A stretch of 64,000 nt of DNA from an uncultured Bacillales bacterium (GTDB taxonomy: Bacteria; Bacillota_I; Bacilli_A; RFN20; CAG-826), in assembly GCA_947164155.1 (NCBI GenBank), contig CAMUVS010000003.1:22570-86569 (forward strand). The letters run 5' to 3'. A program made the translations under genes and the position numbers. The notes below the pieces were generated by a model. It saw nothing but the letters and a program-made list of their open reading frames with translations, was not told the origin of the DNA and did not search any database. Positions within the stretch are counted from its first letter, which is position 1. Each line of letters begins with the position of its first letter. Positions 8,144-20,246 of this stretch are shown in pieces.

Positions 8144-10111
8144 CTATAAATTAGGGTTCACACCACTAAGTAAATAAGCCACTAATGCTGCTCTAGCGGT
8201 AATATCATAATTCTTATAACTTTGTTGATAATATTTAGCGTATTTATATTCGGTAATATAAGAAATACTCACCGCATGAGTCAATCCGTTAACATATACT
8301 GGGTCGCCTTCTTTATAAGTACGATAATAGGAAGACTCTTCCATATTTGATATATTCGTGGAATTACATTCTTGAATAGATAGCAAGTTATCAAACGGGA
8401 AGACTTTAATTAATTTTCTTCTGGTCATCTCTCCAGCATTAACCGTGCTTCTAATTCCGCCTGTATTATGGCTAGCAAAATAAATAGTCACATTGTCAAA
8501 TTCACTCTTATGGGAGTTGACATACCAGTACATTGCTTGGCAAACAACATAAGTAAAACTTTCTTTAGAATAATATTTAGAGAAGGTATAAATAGGATCA
8601 TCTGCGTGAGCGATCATATCTCTATATTCTTCTTTTTGAGTAATCGCTTCAATATTCGGGTCCGCTTCACTGGTGTTACTATAAGCATAAATAACATTAG
8701 GGGTGCTGCTACTAACTAAATAACGATTATTTTGATATGACAAAGATAAATTCATAATTCCAATATATTTGCCGTTACTTCCTGCTTCTAAATAAGGAAC
8801 TCCATTATATGTGCCTTTTTTACTTACATGGTCGTGAGCAAAAAACATCGCATCAACATATTTTAAATTAGTGGATGGATCAGTTTGAGTTAAATCAGAA
8901 AATTTACTAGGTTCACCACTACTACCTTCAAATCCCCCGTCATGGAAACTAGCGATAATCACATCGCATCCTTTATCTTTTCTTAAATAAGTTGAATATT
9001 CTTTAATATAACTATTCGCACTAGGGAAATAGAATTTATCAGAAATACTACCAGTAATCGAGGTCTCAATTCCTTCTTGAATGGCCCCAATAATACCAAT
9101 CTTCACGCCACTTTTTTGAACGATTGTGTATGGAGATAACCAACTAGGTCTAGTGACGTTATCTGAACTATAAAAAGTGTTACAAGAAATAATGTCGCAG
9201 TCTAAGCTTGTAGCAAAAGTTTCAATCGCTTTTTCATCCCAGTCAAATTCATGGTTACCAAGAGACATCGCATCAAAGCCAATTTCATTCATTGCTTCAA
9301 TCATTATCTTTCCTCTAGTTTCATTAGATTCATATCCACCTTGAAACATATCTCCGCCAGAAAGAGTAAGAGAATATTGATCCCTATGGGTTTTAATATA
9401 CTGAGAAATATAGCTTATTCCTGCTTCATAATTATCATCATCACGAATAAATGAACCATGCGTATCGTTTATATAGTAAATAGACATATCAATATTACTA
9501 GGCGGATCAATTGGACTACTACTAATAGAGAAATTCACTACATTACTACTATCAGAATCTGAATAATAAATATTATCTCCTTTAGCAATAACGCTTATAG
9601 AATAATCCCCATCCGCTAAACTCAAAGTAGAGACATCTAAACTAGTAGAAGTTAAAGAACCACTCTTATTTCCTTCTCCAGTAATAGTATATAAATATCC
9701 ACTAGCGTGAGAGACACTATTCCAAGAAACAACATTATTATTAATAGAGATACTTGGTGCAGTTAATTTTGTTAATTCTGGAACGATTTTAGCAACCACT
9801 CTAATAGTGTAACTAACATCTACATAAGACTCTTTAGAAAGTGTGACCTTAAAGGCTTCTGACTTATCACTTTGAGTAAAAACATAGCCATCATTTATCG
9901 ACGATGTATAGTCAGTTATTCGCTCAGAAGTTTTATTATCAACAACTACTAAACCTTCGCTAGAGAAAGCTTCACCTATTTCGAATTTAGTTTTGTTTGG
10001 ATAAGAATATATTCTAAGTTCTTTTTTAGAAGGTGCAGAATAAACACATCCAAACAAGCAAAGAGAAATAGGGGCAATTAAAAGTAGCCACGCTTTGTTA
10101 AGTTTATTCAT
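8144..10111 (-). CDS. Lipoprotein, bifunctional metallophosphatase/5'-nucleotidase family with N-terminal Ig-like and FN3-like domains
   Basis: Lipobox LCLFGC. Calcineurin-like phosphoesterase motifs NDTHG, GGDMFQGG, GNHEFDW and FAHDH. C-terminal 5'-nucleotidase-like region. Confidence 0.8.
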   Translation of the reverse strand: MNKLNKAWLLLIAPISLCLFGCVYSAPSKKELRIYSYPNKTKFEIGEAFSSEGLVVVDNKTSERITDYTSSINDGYVFTQSDKSEAFKVTLSKESYVDVSYTIRVVAKIVPELTKLTAPSISINNNVVSWNSVSHASGYLYTITGEGNKSGSLTSTSLDVSTLSLADGDYSISVIAKGDNIYYSDSDSSNVVNFSISSSPIDPPSNIDMSIYYINDTHGSFIRDDDNYEAGISYISQYIKTHRDQYSLTLSGGDMFQGGYESNETRGKIMIEAMNEIGFDAMSLGNHEFDWDEKAIETFATSLDCDIISCNTFYSSDNVTRPSWLSPYTIVQKSGVKIGIIGAIQEGIETSITGSISDKFYFPSANSYIKEYSTYLRKDKGCDVIIASFHDGGFEGSSGEPSKFSDLTQTDPSTNLKYVDAMFFAHDHVSKKGTYNGVPYLEAGSNGKYIGIMNLSLSYQNNRYLVSSSTPNVIYAYSNTSEADPNIEAITQKEEYRDMIAHADDPIYTFSKYYSKESFTYVVCQAMYWYVNSHKSEFDNVTIYFASHNTGGIRSTVNAGEMTRRKLIKVFPFDNLLSIQECNSTNISNMEESSYYRTYKEGDPVYVNGLTHAVSISYITEYKYAKYYQQSYKNYDITARAALVAYLLSGVNPNL

Positions 10112-10149
10112 GTTAACATTCTACTCTTTTTACAAACTTATTCACAATA

Positions 10150-10172
10150 AAAAACCAGCGTTGACGCTGGTA
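10150..10172 (-). terminator. Rho-independent terminator after the zinc-ribbon protein gene
   Basis: Minus-strand RNA is ACCAGCG-UCAA-CGCUGGU followed by UUUUUAUUGUG. Confidence 0.65.
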
Positions 10173-10185
10173 TATAGACTATACG

Positions 10186-10698
10186 CTAATAGATGACTAG
10201 CACTAATCCTTGTAAGACTAAGGCCACCACCGCAAATGTAAGACCAAAAGCGACAAATAAAGGAACAAGAATCTCGATTCCTTTCATTTTTGTATTTACA
10301 TTTGGAAATACTTTTCGGTTAAGTGACATACCGATAGAAAAGAAAACAATTCCAGCAACTAACCCTAGCACTAGCATGATAATTCCAGGCACCATTGCCG
10401 CGCCATTACCAATAATTTTCACCATTAAAGAACCTAGCATTGCTATAGCAAAGAAACCAAATGCTAAACCAAGGAACAACAGCATTTTATGTAATCTAGG
10501 TTTATAAGTTGGCAAAGACCTAAAATTCTCAACAGTAATAGCCTCTCCACTAGAGCCCACTACTGGTCCATTAACTGGTCCACTGCCTTCTTTAATTTGA
10601 TTAAACGAAGTTTCACTAACTTCTTCTAAATACGCTCCACAAAACGGACAATATTTACTACCATCAGGTATTTCTTTGCTGCAATATTTACAAAGCAT
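10186..10698 (-). CDS. Zinc-ribbon domain membrane protein (function unknown)
   Basis: N-terminal CxxC-X10-CxxC (MLCKYCSKEIPDGSKYCPFCG), followed by several hydrophobic helices. Confidence 0.6.
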   Translation of the reverse strand: MLCKYCSKEIPDGSKYCPFCGAYLEEVSETSFNQIKEGSGPVNGPVVGSSGEAITVENFRSLPTYKPRLHKMLLFLGLAFGFFAIAMLGSLMVKIIGNGAAMVPGIIMLVLGLVAGIVFFSIGMSLNRKVFPNVNTKMKGIEILVPLFVAFGLTFAVVALVLQGLVLVIY

Positions 10699-10742
10699 AT
10701 ATTAGACCCCCTATATTTAATTTCAGTATACAGCATAAACAA

Positions 10743-10779
10743 AAAAACTGCCTAGAAATTAATCTAAGCAGTAATTATT
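10743..10779 (-). terminator. Terminator, copy A of a duplicated ~37-nt element (after the Phd-like mini-gene)
   Basis: Minus-strand RNA is CUGCUUAG-auuaauuu-CUAGGCAG followed by UUUUUUU. The 30-nt core aaaaactgcctagaaattaatctaagcagt is identical to 10970-10999. Confidence 0.7.
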
Positions 10780-10915
10780 TCTTTTCTTCGGAAACAGGAA
10801 GTAATTTAAACAAATGTTTTTCATCCCTAATAATTATTTCCTTTTCGATACCTTTTTCAATCAAAGAAACATATTTATAGAAGTTTTTATCAAACTCTTC
10901 CATTGTGATTTCCAT
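10775..10915 (-). CDS. Small (46 aa) Phd/YefM-like antitoxin N-domain protein, orphan
   Basis: Below the ORF-track size cut-off. Hand translation gives MEITMEEFDKNFYKYVSLIEKGIEKEIIIRDEKHLFKLLPVSEEKK. The ATG at 10913-10915 is preceded by AAAGGAGGCATTAGAT. The pattern resembles the Phd/YefM N-terminal fold. No toxin gene follows. Confidence 0.5.
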   Translation of the reverse strand: MEITMEEFDKNFYKYVSLIEKGIEKEIIIRDEKHLFKLLPVSEEKK

Positions 10916-10969
10916 ATCTAATGCCTCCTTTATTTATATTATTGATTGATTATTTATTTTTTATCAAAT

Positions 10970-11007
10970 AAAAACTGCCTAGAAATTAATCTAAGCAGTT
11001 AATTATT
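10970..11007 (-). terminator. rpoC terminator, copy B of the duplicated ~37-nt element
   Basis: Same hairpin as copy A, followed by UUUUUAUUUGAU. It lies 12 nt downstream of the rpoC stop (11019). Confidence 0.7.
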
Positions 11008-11018
11008 AGTTTTAACGA

Positions 11019-14000
11019 TTAAGCATTACGAGAATTAATCTTCTCTTTAATTTCGTTGATTGCACGGTCATAGTCTTCAACATATTTGTCTTTAACTTCA
11101 TGCATTGTGCCTTCAACTGTGAAGTCTTTTAATAATTCTTCGTTAGCTTCTTCACTCATAAGTCCACGTCCAGCTGGAATTAAGTGTCCAGTAATGACAT
11201 TTTCTTTTAAGCCGTGTAAGTAGTCAACTTTGCCTTTAATAGCAGCGTCAGTGAGTACTCTAGTAGTTTCTTGGAATGATGCCGCTGATAAGAAGGAATC
11301 AGTTTCAAGAGCCGCCTTAGTGATACCTAAGATAAGTGGAGAGAAGACCGCTGGACGTTTGCCGTTAATAATCGCTTCGTTATTTTTTGCAGTGAAGGTA
11401 TTAATCGATACACGGGTGCCCGCGATCATATCAGTATCTCCAGCGTCAATAACGTAGACTTTTCTTAACATTTGTCTGACGATAACTTCAATGTGCTTAT
11501 CAGAAATTCCAATATCTTGTAAGGAATAGACTTTTTGGACTTCTTTAATGATGTATTTTTCAACCGCGGTGACATCAGATACTTCAAGTAATTTCTTAGG
11601 ATCGATAGCACCTTCGGTGATCTTACCACCATTAATGACTTTGTCGCCTTTTTTGACACGTAATTTCGCACCAAATGCAGTAGTATAAGTCTTTTCTTCT
11701 AAATCGTTACGAACAGTGACTAAATAGCAACCATTCTTTTCTTCAATCTTAGTGATAGTACCTGGGATTTCAGAAATAAGAGCTTCACCTTTAGGGTTAC
11801 GAGCTTCAAATAATTCTTGAACTCTTGGTAAACCACTAGTGATATCGCTACCAGCAACGCCACCAGTATGGAAGGTTCTCATGGTTAACTGAGTACCTGG
11901 CTCACCAATAGATTGAGCAGCCATAATACCAACAGCTTCACCAACTTGGACTTCTCTACCAGTCGCTAGGTTACGTCCATAACAGTGGATACAAACACCG
12001 TCTTTAGTCTCACAACCGAATAAGGATCTGATTTCCACTTCTTCAATGCCAGCGTCAACAATGGCTTTGGCACTTTCTTCATTAATCATGGTGTTACCTT
12101 TAACAAGTACTTCACCAGTTTTTGGATTAACAACATCATTTAAGGCGTATCTACCAACTAAACGGTCATAAAGTTTAACAATAATCGCGTTTCTAGAAGT
12201 ATCTCTAATTTCTTTGACTTTGAAACCGTGGTCTGTGCCACAATCGACTTCTCTAACGATAACATCTTGAGAGACGTCAACAAGTCTTCTAGTTAAGTAA
12301 CCTGAGTCAGCGGTCTTAAGTGCGGTATCAGCACCACCCTTACGAGCACCATGGGTCGCAATAAAGAATTCAGAAACAGTCATACCTTCACGGAAACAAC
12401 GTTTAACTGGGAGTTCAATAGTTCCACCAGAGGTGTTACCCATAAGACCTCTCATACCGGCTAATTGTGTAATATTTGAAATATTACCACGAGCACCAGA
12501 GTCAGACATCATGAAGATGGTGTTTCTTTGATCTTTATTAAATTGTTCAGTTAATTTAGTTCTAACTTCCACAAGAACTTTATTCCAAACGTCACAAACG
12601 CTCTTATGTCTTTCTTCTTCGGTTAACATACCAAGTTCGAACATTTCTTGAATTTCCGCGACTTTCTTATCGCCAGCTTCTAAAATTTCTTCTTTACCTT
12701 CAACGATATGGATATCGTCAATAGAAATAGTAAATCCAGCCACTGTAGCATATTGGAAGCCTTGGTCTTTCATCTTATCTAGAACGGATGAAGTCTTTGG
12801 ATTACCTTTACGGTCATATCTTTGGAAGATTTCATTAATAATTTTTCCTAAATCTTTCTTTTTGATTGGTGATCTCACAGGCATTTTAGCGATAATTGCT
12901 TTGATATCGCTTCCACGTGGGACGAAATATTCAGGTAAATCATGAGCCATATTTTCCGCAGTAACTGCGTTTAAATATGGGAAATCACTTGGGAAGATTT
13001 GGTTGAAGATGATTTTACCAACAGAGGTGATTAAATAAGAATTATTCATCTCTTCGGTGAATCCTTTCTTCATTAAAGCCTTACCGATAATGGCGATTCT
13101 ATTATGTAAATGGATTTGCTTAGTTTGATAAGCAAGAATCACATCATCAACGCTTTTAAAGACTTTACCTTCACTAGCAGCGTATAATTCAAATCTTTCT
13201 GCTTCTTCAGGATCAGTAGCTTTTAAAGCTTTAGCTTTCTTTAAGAAATCTTCTTTAGTTGATTCTAAAGTTAAATAGTAATTTCCTAAGACCATATCTT
13301 GAGATGGGGTAACGATAGGTTTACCATCTTTTGGTCCTAAGATGTTATTAGAGGCAAGCATTAAATGTAATGCTTCTTCTTGTGCTGCTTTACTTAGTGG
13401 GACATGGACCGCCATTTGGTCACCATCGAAGTCAGCGTTAAAGCCTGTACAAACAAGTGGGTGTAATCTAATCGCTCTTCCATCCACTAAGCGTGGTTGG
13501 AAAGCTTGAATACCAAGTCTATGTAAAGTAGGAGCACGGTTAAGAAGAACTGGGTGCTTACCAATAATTTCTTCAACGATATCTAAGACAGCAGGATCAT
13601 ATCTATCGATAATTCTATCTGCGGTCTTATTCGCGTTAGTAATACCTCTTTTAATTAATTCGCACGCGATAAATGGCCTTAATAATTGGACCGCCATTTC
13701 ACGTGGAAGTCCACATTCATACATTTTTAAGAATGGACCAACCGCGATAACGGAACGACCAGAATAGTCGACACGTTTACCGAGTAAGTTTTGTCTGAAT
13801 CGACCTTGTTTACCTTTTAATCCAGAGGATAGGGATTTAAGAGGTCTACCACCAGGACCAGTAACTGGCTTATTTCTTCTACCGTTATCAATTAAAGCGT
13901 CCACTGCTTCTTGAAGCATACGTTTTTCATTCATTAATAAGACAGCAGGAGAATTCATATCGATTAATTTCTTTAAACGGTTGTTACGAGAAATTACTCT

Positions 14001-14924
14001 ACGATATAAATCGTTCAAGTCACTTGTAGCGAATCTACCGCCATCAAGTTGTAACATTGGTCTTAAATCAGGTGGAATCACTGGAATGACATCAAGGACC
14101 ATCCATTCTGGTTTGTTATCAGAATGTCTAAAGGCCTCAATGACTTCAAGTCTTTTTGTTAACTTCGCTCTATTTGAGGAAGTTGAATTCTTAATCTTAC
14201 GGGAGATTTCTTCTCCTTCAGCGTCTAAATCGATTTCAGCGAGTAAACGTTTAATCGCTCCAGCACCTTCAGAGAATTCAGCACCTGTAAATTTACGAAT
14301 GAAGTTGTAACAGGTTTGGAAGTCAAAGACTTCGTTATGATTTTCTAATCTCGCAACAAGTTCTTCGCTTCTTGCATAGTCATCACTACCTGGGATTAAA
14401 CCCCATTCTTCTCCTTTTTCTTGGATTTCTTTTATAACTGGAATAAAGATTTCTCTACCGTTTTTCTCGTTAATGAATTCACGATAAGTAAGAATCGTAC
14501 TCTTTCCAGGATTTAAACAGATGTGAGCAGCGTAATAGGCTACTTCTTCTAAGTGTTTAGGAGAAACATCTAAAAGTAATCCAATACGGCTAGGAATGCC
14601 TTTTAAATACCAAATGTGGGTACATGGGCTAGCAAGTTCAATGTGACCCATTCTTTCTCTTCTAACTTCTTTAGAGATAACTTCAACACCACATTTTTCA
14701 CATACGACGCCTGCGTATCTAATTTTCTTATATTTACCGCAATGGCATTCGTAGTCTTTCGCAGGACCAAAAATCTTTTCACAGTATAAACCTTGCATTT
14801 CTGGTTTTTGGCTACGATAGTTGATGGTCTCAGGTTTTAAAACTTCACCATGGGACCACGCTCTAATTGTGTCAGGAGAAGCTAATCCAACTTTAATCGC
14901 TGATAATTTCTTTACGTCAAACAT
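11019..14924 (-). CDS. rpoC: DNA-directed RNA polymerase subunit beta'
   Basis: 1301 aa with the NADFDGDQM catalytic motif and a zinc-binding [20 protein letters not shown] segment. Confidence 0.98.
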   Translation of the reverse strand: MFDVKKLSAIKVGLASPDTIRAWSHGEVLKPETINYRSQKPEMQGLYCEKIFGPAKDYECHCGKYKKIRYAGVVCEKCGVEVISKEVRRERMGHIELASPCTHIWYLKGIPSRIGLLLDVSPKHLEEVAYYAAHICLNPGKSTILTYREFINEKNGREIFIPVIKEIQEKGEEWGLIPGSDDYARSEELVARLENHNEVFDFQTCYNFIRKFTGAEFSEGAGAIKRLLAEIDLDAEGEEISRKIKNSTSSNRAKLTKRLEVIEAFRHSDNKPEWMVLDVIPVIPPDLRPMLQLDGGRFATSDLNDLYRRVISRNNRLKKLIDMNSPAVLLMNEKRMLQEAVDALIDNGRRNKPVTGPGGRPLKSLSSGLKGKQGRFRQNLLGKRVDYSGRSVIAVGPFLKMYECGLPREMAVQLLRPFIACELIKRGITNANKTADRIIDRYDPAVLDIVEEIIGKHPVLLNRAPTLHRLGIQAFQPRLVDGRAIRLHPLVCTGFNADFDGDQMAVHVPLSKAAQEEALHLMLASNNILGPKDGKPIVTPSQDMVLGNYYLTLESTKEDFLKKAKALKATDPEEAERFELYAASEGKVFKSVDDVILAYQTKQIHLHNRIAIIGKALMKKGFTEEMNNSYLITSVGKIIFNQIFPSDFPYLNAVTAENMAHDLPEYFVPRGSDIKAIIAKMPVRSPIKKKDLGKIINEIFQRYDRKGNPKTSSVLDKMKDQGFQYATVAGFTISIDDIHIVEGKEEILEAGDKKVAEIQEMFELGMLTEEERHKSVCDVWNKVLVEVRTKLTEQFNKDQRNTIFMMSDSGARGNISNITQLAGMRGLMGNTSGGTIELPVKRCFREGMTVSEFFIATHGARKGGADTALKTADSGYLTRRLVDVSQDVIVREVDCGTDHGFKVKEIRDTSRNAIIVKLYDRLVGRYALNDVVNPKTGEVLVKGNTMINEESAKAIVDAGIEEVEIRSLFGCETKDGVCIHCYGRNLATGREVQVGEAVGIMAAQSIGEPGTQLTMRTFHTGGVAGSDITSGLPRVQELFEARNPKGEALISEIPGTITKIEEKNGCYLVTVRNDLEEKTYTTAFGAKLRVKKGDKVINGGKITEGAIDPKKLLEVSDVTAVEKYIIKEVQKVYSLQDIGISDKHIEVIVRQMLRKVYVIDAGDTDMIAGTRVSINTFTAKNNEAIINGKRPAVFSPLILGITKAALETDSFLSAASFQETTRVLTDAAIKGKVDYLHGLKENVITGHLIPAGRGLMSEEANEELLKDFTVEGTMHEVKDKYVEDYDRAINEIKEKINSRNA

Positions 14925-14942
14925 TGTTAATTTCTCCTTTCA

Positions 14943-17900
14943 TTAATCTTCACTTGTACTAGTTGACATACTTGTCATAGAGACATCTTCATCAATACCA
15001 GTTTGGACATTAGCCTCATCACCGACTAAGTTTCTTAAAGATGTGTTAATCTTTCTTTCTTCTTTATCAGCTTCTTTTGCTAATGCATCCATATCAATGA
15101 TATGACCTTCATCATCAAGAAGTTCAACATTCATCGCTAAGGATTCTAATTCTTTAACTAAGACTTTAAAGGCTTCTGGGATACCTGGTTTTGGAAGAGG
15201 TTGATCTTTAATAATCGCTTCATAAGTCTTTCTTCTACCAACACGGTCATCAGACTTCACGGTGATAATTTCTTGTAAGACGTGGGCAGCGCCATAAGCT
15301 TCAAGAGCCCAGACTTCCATTTCACCAAATCTTTGACCACCGTTTTGGGCTTTACCACCGAGTGGTTGTTGAGTGACTAAACTATATGGTCCAGTAGCAC
15401 GTGCGTGTAACTTATCATCAACCATGTGGATAAGTTTAATCATGTACATGACACCAACCGTGATTCTTTCATCGAACTTCTCACCAGTACGGCCATCATA
15501 TAAGACAGTTTTACCATCTTTTGCCATACCTGCTTTATCCATCATTTCGAAGATTTCTTCATTGGTGATACCGTCAAAAACAGGGGTTGCAATCTTATAT
15601 CCTAATTTCTTAAGAGCCATACCTAAATGGACTTCTAAGATCTGTCCGATGTTCATACGAGATGGAACACCTAATGGGTTTAACATAATATCAACAGGGG
15701 TGCCGTCTGGAAGGAATGGCATATCGCATTCTGGTAAGATACGGGAAATAACACCCTTATTACCGTGACGACCAGACATCTTATCACCTTCAGAGATCTT
15801 TCTCTTTTGGACGATATAGACAGTGACAATTTCATTAACTCCTGGTGGGAGTTCATTATCTTTGGCTTTTTCTTCTCTTTTACGAATCTTGACATCAAGA
15901 ACAATACCCGCTCCACCATGAGGGACTCTAAGAGAAGCATCTTTACCTTCGTTAGTTTTTTCTCCAAAGATCGCCATTAAGAATTTATCTTCTGGAGTTG
16001 GTTCAGATTGTCCACGAGGAGTTACTTTACCAACTAAGATATCTCCTTCTTTAACTTCAGTACCAACAACAACGATACCTCTACTATCTAAGTGAGCCTT
16101 GGCCTCAGTACCGACGTTAGGGACATCTGCGGTAATTTCTTCATCACCAAGTTTTGGAATGGAACGACATTCACAGTTATATTTTTCAATGTGAATTGAT
16201 GTATAGACATCGTCTTTGACGAGTCTTTCAGACATAATAACCGCGTCTTCATAGTTATAACCATTCCAAGTCATGAAGGCGATGGTCACGTTTTGACCTA
16301 AAGCAAGGTCACCGTTTTGCATTGCTGGTCCATCAGCGATAATTTGTCCTTTTTTGACTTTATCGCCAACTTTGACGATGCTTACTTGATTAATACAAGT
16401 ACCATTGTTACTACGTTCGAATTTTTGTAAGTGATAAGTGACTGGCTCAGATTCACCTTTAGGTAAAATTTCAATAGTCTTGCTATCGGTGTAAGTGACA
16501 ACACCTTCACTAGCGGAGACCACTGCTAAACCTGAGTCTCTTGCCACTTGATGTTCTAGACCAGTTCCCACAAGTGGAGCGTGTGGTCTAAGAAGTGGTA
16601 AGGCTTGACGTTGCATGTTAGAACCCATAAGAGCACGCATGGTGTCATCATTCTCTAAGAATGGAATGCTACCAGCAGCAATTGAAACGACTTGTTTTGG
16701 ACTAACATCAACGAAATCAATTTCTTCTTTTTTAGCTAAGATATTTTCACCTTTATATCTAGCAACGACAACATCATCTAAAATGGTGCCATCTTCTGCT
16801 AAGTGAATATTAGCTTCAGCAATTTTATAATCCCACTCTTCATCCGCGGAAAGATAAACACTATCTTCAGCTTTTGATAAGACTCTTAAAGTCTTGTGAT
16901 CCACTGGACGATATGGGGTTTCAATAAATCCATAATTATTAACTTTCGCGTATGTCGCTAAGTTATTAATAAGACCAATGTTTTGACCTTCAGGAGTTTC
17001 AATTGGACAGATACGTCCATAGTGAGAAACGTGAACGTCACGAACTTCGGTAGATGCTCTATCTCTAGTTAATCCACCAGGACCTAATGCAGATAATCTT
17101 CTTTTATTAGTTAATTCTGCAAGTGGGTTAGTTTGATCCATGAATTGAGATAATTGTGAAGATGCAAAGAATTCTCTAATAGAGGCTACGAGTGGTCTAG
17201 GATTAATTAAAGCTTTTGGCTTCACATTTCCTAAATCAGAAATAGACATCTTTTGTTGAACGGTCTTAAGCATCTTGGCTAAACCAACTCTAAATTGATT
17301 TTGAATTAATTCGCCAACACATCTAATTCTTCTATTTCCTAAGTGGTCGATATCATCACAGCTACCAAATCCGTCTTGGACATTTAAGAAATAAGAAAAT
17401 ATAGCCACGATATCACAGATATTAACGTGTGTACATGTATTATTTAAGTCAGTACCAATAACAATTGAGACTTTTTCTTTCTTGTCATTGTTATAGACTT
17501 TGACAATGTTCACTTTGCCGTTATTATCGAGTTTTTCGTTAATTTTTAAGACTCTTAAATGCGCACCTTGTTCAAAGAAATCTTCATTACGTAAGGCTTC
17601 AACATCTTCAACAGTTAGTTGATGACCTTTCTTAAATCTAATTTCTCCATCCGCAGAGACTAAGTCTTCCGCTAAGATACGGTTTGGTAAACGGTTATAG
17701 ATACCAAGTTTTTTAATAAATTTATATCTACCAGCGCGGCCTAAATCGTAACGTTTCTCATCAAAGAATCTTTGGACTAAGAAGTTGACTGTACCTTCTT
17801 CAGTGATTGGTTCACCTGGTTTCATCTTTCTAAAGATATCCACTAAAGCGGCTTTTGAAGATTTGATTTTGTTTTCTTCTTCTTTTTCTAAAGTGTTTCT

Positions 17901-18551
17901 TAAAGCTTGAGATCCACCAAAGAGTTTTAAGATATCATCACTACTTTCAAAGCCTAAAGCTCTAAGTAAAGTAGTCGCGTGAATCTTTCTTTGTCTATCG
18001 ATTCTCACGCTTAACATATCTTTAGCGTCAGATTCAAATTGTAACCAAGTACCTCTACCTGGAATTAAATCAGCTTCGTATAAAAATTTACCAGCTTTAA
18101 ATTCTTTAGATAAATATGCACCTGGAGATCTCACTAATTGAGAAACGATAACTCTTTCAGCACCATTAACGATAAATGTTCCACTATTAGTCATTAAAGG
18201 TAAATCACCCATAAAAACTTCGGATTCTTGAATTTCACCTGTTTCTTTGTGAATTAATCTCACCATGATGTACATAGGGACGTTATAAGTTAAGTCTCTT
18301 TCTTTACATTCAAGGAAAGTATGTTTTGCTTCACCAAGACGAATAGATAAATATTCAATGGTTAATGTGCCAGTATAGTTTTCAATTGGAAATGATTCTC
18401 TAAAAACTTCATCTAATCCCTTTTCTAAAAATTCAGCGTAACTCTTTGTTTGAATTTCCACTAAATTTGGAAGTGGGAGATCACCAGAGATTTTGGAGTA
18501 ATCATATCTTCCGTTATTAATTTGTCTAAGTTCAGTAATATTTCTGGACAT
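14943..18551 (-). CDS. rpoB: DNA-directed RNA polymerase subunit beta
   Basis: 1202 aa with conserved blocks such as [17 protein letters not shown] and [25 protein letters not shown]. Confidence 0.98.
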   Translation of the reverse strand: MSRNITELRQINNGRYDYSKISGDLPLPNLVEIQTKSYAEFLEKGLDEVFRESFPIENYTGTLTIEYLSIRLGEAKHTFLECKERDLTYNVPMYIMVRLIHKETGEIQESEVFMGDLPLMTNSGTFIVNGAERVIVSQLVRSPGAYLSKEFKAGKFLYEADLIPGRGTWLQFESDAKDMLSVRIDRQRKIHATTLLRALGFESSDDILKLFGGSQALRNTLEKEEENKIKSSKAALVDIFRKMKPGEPITEEGTVNFLVQRFFDEKRYDLGRAGRYKFIKKLGIYNRLPNRILAEDLVSADGEIRFKKGHQLTVEDVEALRNEDFFEQGAHLRVLKINEKLDNNGKVNIVKVYNNDKKEKVSIVIGTDLNNTCTHVNICDIVAIFSYFLNVQDGFGSCDDIDHLGNRRIRCVGELIQNQFRVGLAKMLKTVQQKMSISDLGNVKPKALINPRPLVASIREFFASSQLSQFMDQTNPLAELTNKRRLSALGPGGLTRDRASTEVRDVHVSHYGRICPIETPEGQNIGLINNLATYAKVNNYGFIETPYRPVDHKTLRVLSKAEDSVYLSADEEWDYKIAEANIHLAEDGTILDDVVVARYKGENILAKKEEIDFVDVSPKQVVSIAAGSIPFLENDDTMRALMGSNMQRQALPLLRPHAPLVGTGLEHQVARDSGLAVVSASEGVVTYTDSKTIEILPKGESEPVTYHLQKFERSNNGTCINQVSIVKVGDKVKKGQIIADGPAMQNGDLALGQNVTIAFMTWNGYNYEDAVIMSERLVKDDVYTSIHIEKYNCECRSIPKLGDEEITADVPNVGTEAKAHLDSRGIVVVGTEVKEGDILVGKVTPRGQSEPTPEDKFLMAIFGEKTNEGKDASLRVPHGGAGIVLDVKIRKREEKAKDNELPPGVNEIVTVYIVQKRKISEGDKMSGRHGNKGVISRILPECDMPFLPDGTPVDIMLNPLGVPSRMNIGQILEVHLGMALKKLGYKIATPVFDGITNEEIFEMMDKAGMAKDGKTVLYDGRTGEKFDERITVGVMYMIKLIHMVDDKLHARATGPYSLVTQQPLGGKAQNGGQRFGEMEVWALEAYGAAHVLQEIITVKSDDRVGRRKTYEAIIKDQPLPKPGIPEAFKVLVKELESLAMNVELLDDEGHIIDMDALAKEADKEERKINTSLRNLVGDEANVQTGIDEDVSMTSMSTSTSED

Positions 18552-18586
18552 TATAATGGCTCCTTTTTCAATAAATTATATTTTGT

Positions 18587-19183
18587 TCACTTTGTGGCTT
18601 TGATTATCCAATAGCCTTTTTCTTTATGAAGCACAGAAACGTTTTCAAATACCGTTTCAATGTATTTGAGAGCGCTCTCCGCTCCTTGCTTTCGTCTAAT
18701 CACCACGTATAGCGAACCGCCATCAATTAAGTATTGCTTGCTCTCCTTATACATTTGGTAGGTAACGACTTTACCTGCTCTAATTGGAGGGTTCACAACA
18801 ATTGAATCATATGGTCCTTCAATCTTTTCATAGATGTCACTTTGAAGGAAGGTGACTCGTGACTTTAAATTCAGCCGTTCACCGCTCTTTGACGCTAGAG
18901 CGAGTGCGCGCGAATTAATATCGGCAAGATCAACTCTTGCCTCACTAGAATTTTGAGCAATGGTTAGTCCAATTGGACCATAGCCACACCCTAAATCCAA
19001 GATCCTCCCGGTTAGATGAAGAGGAAGTAATACCTTAAGAAAGATATACGACCCCTCATCGATTCGAGATTTAGAAAATACTCCGTTATCGGTATAATAG
19101 GCGTACTCTTGACCATATAAGGAGAATTTAATCTCCCTGATATTTGATTCCGAAGACGGACTCTGGTCAAAATAATAACCCAT
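18587..19183 (-). CDS. Class I SAM-dependent methyltransferase (RsmC/YbxB-like rRNA methyltransferase)
   Basis: Contains DLGCGYGPIG (SAM motif I) and VVNPPIRAG (NPPxH/R-type motif). It sits between rplL and rpoB, as ybxB does in Bacillus. Confidence 0.75.
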   Translation of the reverse strand: MGYYFDQSPSSESNIREIKFSLYGQEYAYYTDNGVFSKSRIDEGSYIFLKVLLPLHLTGRILDLGCGYGPIGLTIAQNSSEARVDLADINSRALALASKSGERLNLKSRVTFLQSDIYEKIEGPYDSIVVNPPIRAGKVVTYQMYKESKQYLIDGGSLYVVIRRKQGAESALKYIETVFENVSVLHKEKGYWIIKATK

Positions 19184-19215
19184 TAATACCTCTAGAGTTT
19201 GATAGTAAAGTTAAA

Positions 19216-19593
19216 TTATTTAACTTCGACTTCAGCACCAGCGGCTTCGAGAGCTTTCTTGTGCTCTTCAGCTTCAACTGGGGAGATGTGTTCTTTGACG
19301 GCAACAGGAGCTGCGTCAACTAACTTTTTGGCATCCATTAAGCCTAAGCCAGTGATAGCTTGGACAGCCTTGATGACTGGGACTTTAGATGCACCAGCAG
19401 ATTTTAAGAATAAGCTAACTTCGGTTGGTCCTTTAGCAGCTTCTTCTTCAGCAGGGGCAGCAGCTGCAACGGCCACAGGGGCAGCGGCAGTGACACCAAA
19501 TTCTTCTTCAACAGCTTTGACTAATTCATTTAATTCGAGAACAGTCATTTCTTTTAAGCTGGCGATAATTTCTTCTTTTGTTAATTTAGCCAT
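19216..19593 (-). CDS. rplL: 50S ribosomal protein L7/L12
   Basis: Ala-rich hinge plus the conserved C-terminal domain [12 protein letters not shown]...[14 protein letters not shown]. Confidence 0.97.
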   Translation of the reverse strand: MAKLTKEEIIASLKEMTVLELNELVKAVEEEFGVTAAAPVAVAAAAPAEEEAAKGPTEVSLFLKSAGASKVPVIKAVQAITGLGLMDAKKLVDAAPVAVKEHISPVEAEEHKKALEAAGAEVEVK

Positions 19594-19617
19594 TTTTCTT
19601 TTCCTCCTAAATTGGCA

Positions 19618-20106
19618 TTATTTTGCATCCGCAACAGCCTTAACAGCGCAGGCAAATTGACGGACTGGTGCTTGTAAGCACGATAACAACATGGCAAGTA
19701 GACCATCTCTACCAGGTAATTTAGCAATTTCTTTGACTCCGTTTGCATCAGCAAATTTTCCTTCAAAGACGCCACCCTTGATATTAAGATTGTCTCCATA
19801 TCTTTTTGCGTATTTAGCAAGCACTTTGGCAGCACTATTGACTTCTTTAGAGAAGAAGATAGCGTTAGGACCACTTAAAACTTGCTTTAAGTCAGCGTAA
19901 CCGAGTTCATCACTTGCACGTTCAACAAGAGAATTCTTATAAACGTTCATTGATGCACCTTCAGCACGTAAGGCTCTTCTTAATTCTTGAAGTTGTTCCA
20001 CGGTTAATCCACGGTATTCAGCAACAACAAGAGCAGAACTTTCCTTAGCTTTAGAAACGATTTCGCTAACTGTTTCTTGTTTCGCTAATAAGACATCCTT
20101 ATTCAT
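19618..20106 (-). CDS. rplJ: 50S ribosomal protein L10
   Basis: 162 aa with the L10 pattern (VVAEYRGLTVEQLQELRRALR). It sits upstream of rplL. Confidence 0.95.
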   Translation of the reverse strand: MNKDVLLAKQETVSEIVSKAKESSALVVAEYRGLTVEQLQELRRALRAEGASMNVYKNSLVERASDELGYADLKQVLSGPNAIFFSKEVNSAAKVLAKYAKRYGDNLNIKGGVFEGKFADANGVKEIAKLPGRDGLLAMLLSCLQAPVRQFACAVKAVADAK

Positions 20107-20246
20107 GTTTTGACCTCCTTTTCAATTTGTTTTTTTGTTTTGAGGCTCCAATATACAGTGAGAATAAATGCTTTATTTCTTCACCTCGGTAACATTATTA
20201 AGACTCCACGTCCGTTACTGTCTTGGGTATATTAGAATCTAGTTAA
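20107..20246 (-). promoter_or_regulatory. Candidate L10 (rplJ) autoregulatory leader
   Basis: A 140-nt spacer between rplA and rplJ, relatively GC-rich, with several mutually exclusive helices (e.g. GUAAC...GUUAC and GAGGUGA...UCAC...CCUC). This is the position where Bacillota carry the L10 leader. No covariance model was run. Confidence 0.4.

Noticed and set aside
19199-19660. 153-aa Ala-rich plus-strand ORF
   Set aside because: It is the mirror image of rplL/rplJ coding sequence (the Ala-rich hinge read on the opposite strand). It has no RBS and overlaps two highly conserved ribosomal protein genes.
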